Notes: generated by a model from the sequence alone, not told the origin. DNA of 30,643 nt from an uncultured Gammaproteobacteria bacterium (GCA_964634805.1 CAZWLF010000001.1:1-30643), one strand, 5' to 3'. Shown: positions 16,651 to 25,077, counted from the stretch's first letter. Numbers and translations: made by a program.

Positions 16651-17985
16651 ATGAAAAACAGAAGGCTTCTTTTTTGGTCAATCTTATTGCTCACTCTCGC
16701 TTCTTTGCTGATAGACTTGCCGACTAGTTACCGGCTGAAATTTAAAGTGGGTTCTTTTAGCTTTGATCAGGAAATTTCCCGGCCGTTTGCCTTTCTGCGT
16801 CGTTTTAAATTAGTCAGAGGTTTGGATCTTGCCGGAGGAGTTCACTTGATGTTCAGAGCAAAAATGGATGGCGTGGCCCAAGAAGATCGCGACCAGGCGC
16901 TGGTTTCTTTAAGAGACAACATTGAAAGAAGGGTCAATCTTTTCGGGGTTAGTGAGGCAGTGATCCAGACTTCCAAGGCGGCAGATCAGCATCGGCTGAT
17001 CGTCGAGCTGCCCGGTGTGGTTAACGTTGGGGAGGCGATCGACTTGGTTGGAAAAACGGCCCAATTGGATTTCAGAGAGTCGGTTGAAATTCCCCCGGAG
17101 GCGACCGAGTCGGCAACAATTTATGATCTTTTTGCCGGCAAGACCGGATTGACCGGCGCCCACTTAATCAAGAGCGAAGTTCAGTTTAATCCTAATACCG
17201 GAAAGCCCGAAGTCGGTTTGGAATTTGATGAGGAAGGTAAAAAACTTTTTGGCGAGATTACCGGAAGGAATGTGGAAAAACCGCTGGCAATCTTTTTAGA
17301 CGGTCTTTTGGTTTCCGCTCCCCAGGTAAAAGAGCCGATCACCGACGGCAAGGCGGCCATTAGCGGCGAGTTTGATCTAAGACAAGCGAAATCTTTAGTT
17401 TCCCAGTTGAATGCCGGTTCCCTTCCGGTCTCAATCGAACTGATCGAACGCCGCCAGGTTGGGCCGACCTTAGGAGAAGAATCGGTTCAGAAAAGTATGA
17501 AAGCCGGCCTGGTCGGTTTAGCAATCGTTGCCTTGTTTATGGCAATCTACTATCGCTGGCTTGGTATTTTGGCTGATGCCGGACTGATAGTCTATGCTTT
17601 GATTTCCTTAGCCATTTATAAATTGATTCCGGTTACTTTGACCTTGCCCGGTTTAACCGGATTTTTGCTCTCAGTAGGGATGGCGGTAGACGGCAATATT
17701 TTAATTTTTGAAAGAATGAAGGAAGAACTTAAACAGGGCAAACCCTGGAATGTAGCCATGGAGTTGGGTTTTGGCCGGGCCTGGGATTCGATTCGCGATG
17801 CCAATGTTTGCACCCTGATCATTTGTTTTTTGCTTTTTAACCCGTTTGATTGGGGTTTTCTTAGTAATTCCGCTATGGTTCGCGGTTTTGCCGTAACTTT
17901 GTTTTTGGGAGTCTTTATCGGTATGTTTACCGGCATTATCGTTGCCAGAACCTTGTTAAGAGTTTTTGCCAGGAAAAAAGCATGA
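16651..17985 (+). CDS. secD: Protein translocase subunit SecD
   Basis: GLDLAGG, IERRVNLFGVSE, VELPG, VGPTLG, GMAVDGNILIFER and IRDAN. Confidence 0.97.
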   Translation: MKNRRLLFWSILLLTLASLLIDLPTSYRLKFKVGSFSFDQEISRPFAFLRRFKLVRGLDLAGGVHLMFRAKMDGVAQEDRDQALVSLRDNIERRVNLFGVSEAVIQTSKAADQHRLIVELPGVVNVGEAIDLVGKTAQLDFRESVEIPPEATESATIYDLFAGKTGLTGAHLIKSEVQFNPNTGKPEVGLEFDEEGKKLFGEITGRNVEKPLAIFLDGLLVSAPQVKEPITDGKAAISGEFDLRQAKSLVSQLNAGSLPVSIELIERRQVGPTLGEESVQKSMKAGLVGLAIVALFMAIYYRWLGILADAGLIVYALISLAIYKLIPVTLTLPGLTGFLLSVGMAVDGNILIFERMKEELKQGKPWNVAMELGFGRAWDSIRDANVCTLIICFLLFNPFDWGFLSNSAMVRGFAVTLFLGVFIGMFTGIIVARTLLRVFARKKA

Positions 17986-18863
17986 ATGGAATCAAGTGGA
18001 CTAAGTTAAACTGGATTTTTTTTACTATTTCGGCCCTGTTTATTTTGCCGGGGGTTTATTCTTTGGTTCGCTGGGGATTGGAACTTTCAGTTGATTTTAC
18101 CGGAGGCACTCTTCTTGAAATTAGCGCCGACGGTTTAAACCAAGACGGAATCGCCGAGCTGATCAACGGAAAAGGCTTGAGTTTAAAAAGCATTCAGTCG
18201 AGCGGGGATAAATCTTTGCTCTTGCGCTTTGATTCTTTAGAGGAAGCTTCTAAAGACGACCTGCTGAACACTATTAATGAAACCAACGGCAGTTTGCCCG
18301 AGGTGGTTCGTTGGGAGTCTTTGGGTCCGGCGCTGGGACAGGAACTTTTAACCAAAACGGGAATCAGTATTTTATTAGCTATTTTAGTAATTTTGGTTTA
18401 CATCAATCTTCAGTTTAAAAATAGGGCTTTCGGTGTCTGCGCTGTTTTGGCAATGCTTCACGATAGCCTGATCTTATTGGGATCTTTTAGCCTTTTGGGC
18501 CATTTTTTCGGAGTCGAAGTAGACAGCCTTTTTGTGACCGCGGTTCTGACGATCCTTTCTTTTTCGGTTCACGACACCGTCGTTGTTTACGACCGGATCA
18601 GAGAACTTTCCAGGATAAATCCAAAGATGTCTTTTGAAGAAATTTCCGATTTGGCCATCAGCCAAACCCTGGTCAGATCAATCAATAATTCTTTAACTAT
18701 TATTTTTATGTTGATCGCTTTGGTCTGGTTGGGAGGAGAAACAATCCGGAATTTCGCCCTGGCCTTGCTGATCGGCACTGTTGCCGGTACCTATTCTTCC
18801 ACCTTTACCGCGGTGCCTTTATTAGTAGTTTGGCAAAAGGCCTTTAGGAAAAGATGGAAATAG
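17982..18863 (+). CDS. secF: Protein translocase subunit SecF
   Basis: SVDFTGG, LGPALG, HDSL, FSVHDTVVVYDRIRE, RSINNS and GTYSS. Confidence 0.97.
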   Translation: MNGIKWTKLNWIFFTISALFILPGVYSLVRWGLELSVDFTGGTLLEISADGLNQDGIAELINGKGLSLKSIQSSGDKSLLLRFDSLEEASKDDLLNTINETNGSLPEVVRWESLGPALGQELLTKTGISILLAILVILVYINLQFKNRAFGVCAVLAMLHDSLILLGSFSLLGHFFGVEVDSLFVTAVLTILSFSVHDTVVVYDRIRELSRINPKMSFEEISDLAISQTLVRSINNSLTIIFMLIALVWLGGETIRNFALALLIGTVAGTYSSTFTAVPLLVVWQKAFRKRWK

Positions 18864-19516
18864 GCGGCGCTGAATTTGCTTTTCAACCGGAAACAGAAGC
18901 AACACCTCTGCAGGTCTTTGATGTGGTTGTGGTTCACGGTAACATGTTAAAAAGAGGTAAAGAAGGAAAATTAAAGCTTAGTTTTGATGGAAAGATGAGA
19001 GCGATTGCCGCTGCGGAAATGTTAAGAAGGGGAATTTGTAGCAACTTGGTAATCACTGGAGGAAAAACAGCCGGGGAAAGAGAACTTTCCGAGGCGGAAA
19101 TGGTTAAAACATTCTTGACAGGAAGATATAAAAAGGGTCCGGGAAGTAGATTTGAGGCACTTGATCCAGAGAAAATCTTTTTAGAAGAAGAGTCTAAGGA
19201 TACTTCAGCTAATTTAGTAAATGTGAGAGATTTGATGAAAAAAGAGGGGTGGAGATCAGTTGCTTTACTATCTAACCAGTATCATTTAAGAAGAGTAGTA
19301 GAACTGGCGGGAAACTTAGGCTTGAGCGCGAATGTTATTTCTGCTGAAACAGGACTAATTTTTCGAGATAAGCGTTTTCAAGAAGTGGTTGATAACTATC
19401 TCTCTTTTCCTGAAACAATAAAAAAAGAAAAAAAGGAACGATTTTTTCGGATTCTTCTTTTATTTGATCCAAAAGGCACTCTTCCCAAAATAACGTCTTC
19501 CCTTTTTAGAAGATGA
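18854..19516 (+). CDS. YdcF/DUF218 (ElyC/SanA-like) protein
   Basis: VVVHG, LVITGG, SEAEM, LEEESKDTSANL and SNQYHLRR motifs. A/G-rich codon style unlike secDF. Confidence 0.8.
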   Translation: MEIGGAEFAFQPETEATPLQVFDVVVVHGNMLKRGKEGKLKLSFDGKMRAIAAAEMLRRGICSNLVITGGKTAGERELSEAEMVKTFLTGRYKKGPGSRFEALDPEKIFLEEESKDTSANLVNVRDLMKKEGWRSVALLSNQYHLRRVVELAGNLGLSANVISAETGLIFRDKRFQEVVDNYLSFPETIKKEKKERFFRILLLFDPKGTLPKITSSLFRR

Positions 19517-19522
19517 TTAGCC

Positions 19523-19612
19523 TACCCCCGGGGTGGGTTACAAGCGTATTAGGTTTGCGCTTCGGGATTTAATCCGATCCTGGATCGAAAGAGCTAAAAC
19601 GATCCAGGATCG
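19523..19612. repeat. CCCCGGGGTG palindrome plus CGATCCWGGATCG doublet
   Basis: CCCCGGGGTGGGTTA at 19526-19540, CGATCCTGGATCG at 19575-19587 and CGATCCAGGATCG at 19600-19612. Confidence 0.75.
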
Positions 19613-19614
19613 AG

Positions 19615-19911
19615 ATGATACTCTTGACAAAAGAGATGGGAAAGCAGCAAGATGTTTTTATGACAGAAACCAGAGGTGGTCCTCCTCCTAAGGAGGTAGT
19701 AAGACTTGTAATCCGGCTTGGTGTGGAGGCTGATAGAAATCCGTGCTTTAGGGTGCTGGCAGAGGAAACAAACGCCGAAATAAGCCGCGGCACTCGTTTT
19801 TACCAAAGACCGCTCCCTTCGGAGGTAGCAAAGGCAAGACAAGAGGCGGCAGTGTTTCAAGCCGGCGCACTAAGACAAATCAAGGCTTTAAGATTTTCTT
19901 TAGGTTCCTAA
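19615..19911 (+). CDS. Hypothetical protein (start uncertain; 19636 or 19660 possible)
   Basis: Open frame filling the space between two palindromic repeats; no recognisable motif. Confidence 0.45.
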   Translation: MILLTKEMGKQQDVFMTETRGGPPPKEVVRLVIRLGVEADRNPCFRVLAEETNAEISRGTRFYQRPLPSEVAKARQEAAVFQAGALRQIKALRFSLGS

Positions 19912-19923
19912 ATTTTCCCAGCC

Positions 19924-20091
19924 CACCCCGGGAACCCATTTACAAAACCCAACTCAATTTTTGTACACCCCCGGTTTGTACACCCCGGGGTGGGTTAGGC
20001 TTGCCCGCCCGCCTAAATATTCCGGAGGAATTTTTGGCGAGGCCCGCCAAAGCTGAGTTTGGGGATGCGGGCGGGTTGACACCCCGGGAGT
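19924..20091. repeat. Cluster of CACCCC(N)GG half-sites and one full palindrome with a GCCCGCC...GCGGGCGGG hairpin
   Basis: Half-sites at 19924, 19966 and 20080; full CACCCCGGGGTG at 19981-19992. Confidence 0.8.
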
Positions 20092-20099
20092 AGAAAGTC

Positions 20100-21455
20100 C
20101 TAATCACTCAGCCTTTCAATCCTCTCCAGCAAATATTTCCTCTTGTTTCTTTCTTTATCCTCTTCAACTTCTTTAAAAAGCTGTTTTAAAATCCGGCCTA
20201 TTTCCGGTCCCGGCCCTATTTTTAAAATCTCCATCACATCGTTGCCATTGACTTTCAAATCGGCGACTGAAAACGGCTGTTTTTGAACTTCGACTAACCG
20301 TTTTTTAAATAGATCAGTCCGCCAGGAGGTTTTTGGAACTCCACTGCCGAGCCTGTCTCCGGTCCGGATCGATAAAATATCATCCAAGTTTTCTTTACTT
20401 ACTCTTCGGATAAATCTGCGAATAGCGGCATCAGTCAGTTTCTCGTCCGGAGCAAATTGATGCCAGCGGACTAACCGCCAGAGCTTGTCTAATTGTTTAT
20501 TAGACAGTCTCAGCCGCAGTCCGATTTTTTTAGCGATTGCCGCGCCAACCACTTCGTGATTATGGAAACTTCTTTTCTCCCCTTCGCCTTGAACCACGAT
20601 TGGCTTGCCAATGTCGTGAAGCAAAGCCGCTAACCGGGTTACCGGATTTTTGGAGTCGCAAAATCTAAGCGTTTCGATAGCATGAGTCCAAACATCATGG
20701 ATATGGTGTTTTGCCTGATCAACTCCCCGTCCTTGGATTAATTCGGGCATCAGGTATTGGAGCAGTCCGCAGTTGTAAAGCATCAAAACCCCGTCAGCCG
20801 GATGCCGGCTGGATAAAAGTTTAAAAATTTCGACCCGGATTCTTTCCCAGGCAACTTCCTCAATCAATCGGGCATTTTTTTTGATTGACTCAAATGTTTC
20901 CGGCTCGATGATAAAACCTAGCTGAGTGGCAATCCTTACCGCTCTGAGTAATCTTAAGGCGTCTTCTTTAAATCTTTGATCCGGATCGCCAACTGCCCGG
21001 ATTATTTTTTTCTTTAGATCTTCCTGGCCGCCGAAAGGATCAATTATCTTTTGGATTTCGAATTTCGAATTTCGAATTTCAAAACTTATTGCTATAGCGT
21101 TGACAGTCAGGTCCCTTCTGGAAAGATCTTCCTCAATTGTTTTTCCCCAGCGGACCTGGTCAGGTCGTCTTCTGTCGGAGTATTCCCCTTCGGTCCGGTA
21201 AGTGGTAATTTCCAAAATATCATTTTTCTTTTTACCCATGACAATGCTGACCGTGCCGAACTTGTTATTATAAAAACTATTTTTGGGGAAAAGAGCCAGG
21301 ATTTGTTTTGGCGGGGCGTTAGTGGCAAAATCCCAGTCTTCAATTTTGTGTTTGGTCAGCAAGCCTCTGGAGGACCCGCCGACTAAGAAAAGATCAAACT
21401 TTGCTTTTCGGAAAACTTTAATTACTTTTTGAACCTTATCCGGTAATGTGGTCAT
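20100..21455 (-). CDS. cca: CCA tRNA nucleotidyltransferase with HD domain
   Basis: LVGGSSR, DWDFATN, EDLSRRDLTVNA, RFKEDALRLLRAVR, ERIRVE and LLHDIGK. Confidence 0.95.
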   Translation of the reverse strand: MTTLPDKVQKVIKVFRKAKFDLFLVGGSSRGLLTKHKIEDWDFATNAPPKQILALFPKNSFYNNKFGTVSIVMGKKKNDILEITTYRTEGEYSDRRRPDQVRWGKTIEEDLSRRDLTVNAIAISFEIRNSKFEIQKIIDPFGGQEDLKKKIIRAVGDPDQRFKEDALRLLRAVRIATQLGFIIEPETFESIKKNARLIEEVAWERIRVEIFKLLSSRHPADGVLMLYNCGLLQYLMPELIQGRGVDQAKHHIHDVWTHAIETLRFCDSKNPVTRLAALLHDIGKPIVVQGEGEKRSFHNHEVVGAAIAKKIGLRLRLSNKQLDKLWRLVRWHQFAPDEKLTDAAIRRFIRRVSKENLDDILSIRTGDRLGSGVPKTSWRTDLFKKRLVEVQKQPFSVADLKVNGNDVMEILKIGPGPEIGRILKQLFKEVEEDKERNKRKYLLERIERLSD

Positions 21456-21488
21456 TTTTTCATTTTTGACCTTTTAATAATTTGACCA

Positions 21489-21517
21489 ATTATAGCAGTC
21501 GGATTTGTTTGAGTCAT
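21489..21517 (-). promoter_or_regulatory. Promoter of cca
   Basis: ATGACT-17-TATAAT with a TGn extension. Confidence 0.6.
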
Positions 21518-21668
21518 TTCCTCTCCTTTGTCCCGGTCTCCCTCATGGAGATGATGGCGAAGGATCCTTTAATCTCAGGCAATTTGCTTTCTCAATTCAA
21601 ACACCCCCGGCGGTGGAAAATGAATAAATGGTCAAATGATTAATAAACGAATAACTTCTCTCCCCTCC

Positions 21669-21709
21669 GTCATCCTGAGTCCCCGACACAACGTCGGGGC
21701 GAAGGATCC
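21669..21709. repeat. GTCATCCTGAG...CGAAGGATCC palindromic repeat
   Basis: Inner hairpin CCCCGAC/GTCGGGG. CACCCC-type palindromes lie nearby at about 21602 and 21735. Confidence 0.65.
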
Positions 21710-21808
21710 AGGATCGTGATTTTCCAAAACGAAGCCCCGCGGGTGGAATTATCAATGAACCAATAGATAAATGAGTAAATATTAAGTGTTAATATATAAA
21801 TTGAAACG

Positions 21809-23458
21809 ATGGACAAGAAATGGCTGTTGCTTCACTCAAAAAAAATTACCCGGCAAATCAGCCCGGACCAAGTTTTGAAAATTCTGCTTAAAAATAGGAA
21901 AATAGTTTCCTCGAAAAGAGCCGAATTTTTGAACCCGACCCACCCTTCTAAAATTACTCCGGCTAAAGCAGGCATTGCTAAAACTTCTTTGGTTCGGGCG
22001 GGTGATCTGATCAAAAAATTCAAAAAAGAGAAGATTGTCGTCTACGGCGACTATGATGCCGACGGCCTGTCTTCAACAGCAATTGTTTGGGAGGCGCTCT
22101 GGGCTAAAGGTTACGACGCAATTCCGTTTCTGCCTCACCGGGAAGAAGACGGTTACGGCATCAATCCGGACTCGGTGAAAAAATTAAAGAAAAAATACCC
22201 AAACTTAGGTTTGATTATTACAGTTGACAACGGCATTGTCGCCTTCGACGGGATCAAGGCGGCCAAAGATTTGGGGATTAAAACAATCATTACAGATCAT
22301 CACCTTGCTTTAGACAAACTCCCTCCTGCCGATGTTATTGTCCATAGCGCCGAACTGGCCGGCAGCGGCGTTGCCTGGTTTTTGGCCTCTTTTTTCGGTT
22401 ATCGGTCTTTAGAATTGGTTGCTTTGGGCACTATCGCTGATATGCTTCCTTTATTAGGGATTAATCGGAGTTTTGTTAAGTATGGCATTAGAGAGCTGTC
22501 AAAAACTAACCGGGTTGGTTTAAAACTGCTCAAGCAAAAGGGCGGTATCAGTAATAATGACGAACTTCTTCCCTGGCATGTTTCTTTTATTCTGGCGCCA
22601 AGATTAAATGCGGCCGGCCGGCTCTCTGACGCGGTTGACGGCTTAAGACTGCTTTGCACCAAAAAGGCGGCTAGGGCGAAGGAATTGGTAGAAAAACTCG
22701 AAGCAATCAACTCTGAGCGTCAGAAGCTAACGGTTGATGGTTTGGACGATGCCAAAAAAAAGAATCCTCTTTCCCTGCAGAAAATGATTTTTGCTGTCGA
22801 CGAGTCTTACCATCCCGGAGTGATCGGTTTGATTGCTGGCAAACTGACCGAAGAATTTTACCGCCCCTCAATCGTAATTTCCAAAGGAGAAAAAATCAGC
22901 CGCGGTTCGGCCCGGTCGGTTAACGGTTTTAACATCATCGACTTTATCAGAAGGGCAGATTCTTTTTTAATTGACGCCGGCGGCCATCCCATGGCGGCCG
23001 GTTTTACCATCGAAACTTCGAAAATAAAAAAGTTTATCAGTCAATTGAAAAAAATGGCCGAAAAGGAAATTAAGACCAAAGATTTAGCTCCTGAATTAAA
23101 AATAGATTTTTTTATAGATGTTTCTTTAATTGGCAAAAAGCTTTACCGCTTGATTCAAGAACTGGCGCCATTTGGGTTGGGTAACCCGGAGCCGCTGTTT
23201 TTAATTAAAAAAGCCAGAGTGGTTAAATGCCAGGCCTTGGGATCGGGAAGACAGCATTTAAAGCTTTGGTTAGATGACCCGGAGACAAAAGCGGTAGAAA
23301 GAGTGGTTGCCGAAGCGATCGGTTTCGGCTGGGGAGATTTTTGGCAAGATTTGCTCACAGGCGATTTTGTTGACTTGGTTGCCAGCTTAAATTTGAACCG
23401 CTGGCGGGACAGAGAAACAATCCAGTTGAAAATCAAAGACCTAAGAAAAGCGGATTGA
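21809..23458 (+). CDS. recJ: Single-stranded-DNA-specific exonuclease RecJ
   Basis: YGDYDADG, ITVDNG, TDHH, GTIADM, PRLNAAGR, GGHPMAAG and PFGLGNPEP. Confidence 0.97.
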   Translation: MDKKWLLLHSKKITRQISPDQVLKILLKNRKIVSSKRAEFLNPTHPSKITPAKAGIAKTSLVRAGDLIKKFKKEKIVVYGDYDADGLSSTAIVWEALWAKGYDAIPFLPHREEDGYGINPDSVKKLKKKYPNLGLIITVDNGIVAFDGIKAAKDLGIKTIITDHHLALDKLPPADVIVHSAELAGSGVAWFLASFFGYRSLELVALGTIADMLPLLGINRSFVKYGIRELSKTNRVGLKLLKQKGGISNNDELLPWHVSFILAPRLNAAGRLSDAVDGLRLLCTKKAARAKELVEKLEAINSERQKLTVDGLDDAKKKNPLSLQKMIFAVDESYHPGVIGLIAGKLTEEFYRPSIVISKGEKISRGSARSVNGFNIIDFIRRADSFLIDAGGHPMAAGFTIETSKIKKFISQLKKMAEKEIKTKDLAPELKIDFFIDVSLIGKKLYRLIQELAPFGLGNPEPLFLIKKARVVKCQALGSGRQHLKLWLDDPETKAVERVVAEAIGFGWGDFWQDLLTGDFVDLVASLNLNRWRDRETIQLKIKDLRKAD

Positions 23459-23530
23459 TTGGTAAGGATATACAAGCACCCATCTTTCCCACCCTTCCCT
23501 GTTGGTCTTATTAACCTCATTAAGAAATTA

Positions 23531-23563
23531 CACACCAGGTGTGGGATAGGTTGACACATCGGG
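23531..23563. repeat. 33-bp direct repeat, left copy
   Basis: CACACCAGGTGTGGGATAGGTTGACACATCGGG, identical to 24725-24757. Confidence 0.95.
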
Positions 23564-23722
23564 AGTTGACTCCGAGATACTCTACACCGGGTATGCAAAA
23601 TTCTTTCAAAATGGTATACAATTTCTTCAGGGCGTCGGATGATGCCGCTGTCCATTAAACGAAGCCACCCTACGCCTACCTACACAAGAAGTTTTATATA
23701 ATTCAATCTTTATCAAAACACC

Positions 23723-24352
23723 ATGGCACAAAACAATTCGGAAAACTTAGAAAAAATATTCAACTTTTTGCATAAAATTGAAAATCTGAAATCTACTTTA
23801 AGATGTATCAAAACAACTTCCGGAAGAAAAGAATCCAGCGCTGAACATTCTTGGAGATTAGCCTTAATTACTTTCATAATTGCTGATGAATTGAGATTGA
23901 ATGTTGATGTGAACAGAGCAATCAAAATTGCCTTAGTTCATGATCTCGCAGAAGCGTTAACTGGAGATATCAATGCAATGTTAATTGCTGAAGGAAAATT
24001 CTCTAAAAGTGAAAAAGAAAGACAAGAAATTGAAGCGATTATAAATCTTCAAAAAACTCTTCCGGAAGTTATCGGTAAAGAGATTTCAGGTTTGTGGCAT
24101 GAATATAATGATAATAAGACAAAGGAAGCTAAATTTGTGAAAGCCTTGGACAAGATTGAAACTTTAACTCAATTAGCAGAAAGCGGTTATGAAATTTACG
24201 ATAAACCAGAGTTTACTGCGAATTACGCAAATAAATCTGTAAAATCGTTTCCCGAATTGTCAAGTATGTTGAAAATCGTTAAAAGAAAGCTGAAAGCTGC
24301 ATTTGATAAAGGAAACATTGGGTGGAAAAAAGAATATAACTCTCTTGATTAA
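23723..24352 (+). CDS. HD-domain phosphohydrolase (YfbR/HDDC2-like 5'-deoxynucleotidase family)
   Basis: ESSAEHSWRL, ALVHDLAE, GD and EAKFVKALDKIE. AT-rich. Confidence 0.88.
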   Translation: MAQNNSENLEKIFNFLHKIENLKSTLRCIKTTSGRKESSAEHSWRLALITFIIADELRLNVDVNRAIKIALVHDLAEALTGDINAMLIAEGKFSKSEKERQEIEAIINLQKTLPEVIGKEISGLWHEYNDNKTKEAKFVKALDKIETLTQLAESGYEIYDKPEFTANYANKSVKSFPELSSMLKIVKRKLKAAFDKGNIGWKKEYNSLD

Positions 24353-24446
24353 CGGTGGGTTCTGATCAGCTTACTATTACAGCTTGTCACACCCCTGGTG
24401 AGATAGAGGATCTTTCCGGAGTTATTAATTTATTAGGAGGAAACCT

Positions 24447-24677
24447 ATGAGCAAATTATCCTGCGGGACTGGGCTACAGAAAAATATCATAGATAAGGAG
24501 GTGTTCAAAAGAGAGCTTGCTCTGTGTCATAAACTGTCTCGGGAGAATGGCGGTAAATGTTGTTGGGGAGTCTGCGAAAGTTGTGGGGTGATACCGTTTC
24601 TTTACAAATTACACAAGGGTGTGTTGCTTGAGGACCCTGCTGAAATAAAAAAGGCAAAAAATAAAGTAGTGAAATAA
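24447..24677 (+). CDS. Small Cys-rich hypothetical protein
   Basis: Strong SD AGGAGG; C-x10-CC-x3-C-x2-C cluster. Confidence 0.7.
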   Translation: MSKLSCGTGLQKNIIDKEVFKRELALCHKLSRENGGKCCWGVCESCGVIPFLYKLHKGVLLEDPAEIKKAKNKVVK

Positions 24678-24724
24678 AATTCATAGGTCGCAAATCGTTA
24701 CACTTATATCCACACCAGTATATC

Positions 24725-24757
24725 CACACCAGGTGTGGGATAGGTTGACACATCGGG
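24725..24757. repeat. 33-bp direct repeat, right copy
   Basis: Identical to 23531-23563. It overlaps a perfect 14-nt tandem duplication TATATCCACACCAG (24705-24732). Confidence 0.95.
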
Positions 24758-24789
24758 GTTGAAGCGATCCAGAATTGTGATGATCCTGC

Positions 24790-24819
24790 TTGAATTTAAG
24801 CTCCAACCTCCGTTATAAT
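24790..24819 (+). promoter_or_regulatory. Promoter of the T-box-aspS transcript
   Basis: TTGAAT-18-TATAAT. Confidence 0.75.
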
Positions 24820-24832
24820 ATCAATCGAGAAA

Positions 24833-25036
24833 AACAACGATCCTGTTTGTGACCCAGGGGAGTTGAAGGAAGAAACCCCGCATTCGGCGGGAAAGTAGAG
24901 CCTTCCGGGCGCGCCCGTAACAGCGTTAAACGAGTTCCGACGTTACGTCGGAAGAAGCAGGGTGGCACCGCGAACTCACCTAAATCCTCGCCCCTGTCAA
25001 TCAGTTTGTTCTGGTTGATATGGGCGAGGGTTTTTT
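24833..25036 (+). promoter_or_regulatory. T-box riboswitch (ultrashort Stem I, Asp specifier GAC) with intrinsic terminator
   Basis: K-turn Stem I with GAC at 24851-24853, Stem II with AGUA/GAA S-turn, Stem IIA/B, Stem III, T-box AGCAGGGUGGCACCGCG (24956-24972), and terminator CCUCGCCC/GGGCGAGG followed by U6. Confidence 0.92.
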
Positions 25037-25077
25037 ATTGGGCCAAAATTTGTTAAAGTTTAACTAAGGAGTAAAAA

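Noticed and set aside
23155-23655. 166-aa minus-strand ORF
   Set aside because: Antisense to recJ and crosses a repeat. The other short antisense ORFs inside housekeeping genes were rejected likewise.
23631-23680. Fluoride riboswitch (ends ACGCCUAC)
   Set aside because: Lacks the GGNGAU...UCNCC P1 and the GCURAUG segment.
19521-24757. CRISPR array from the recurring palindromes
   Set aside because: Spacing and spacer lengths are irregular, repeats are not constant, and there are no cas genes.
23531-24757. Integron attC cassettes
   Set aside because: No RYYYAAC/GTTRRRY-bounded imperfect hairpins and no integrase.
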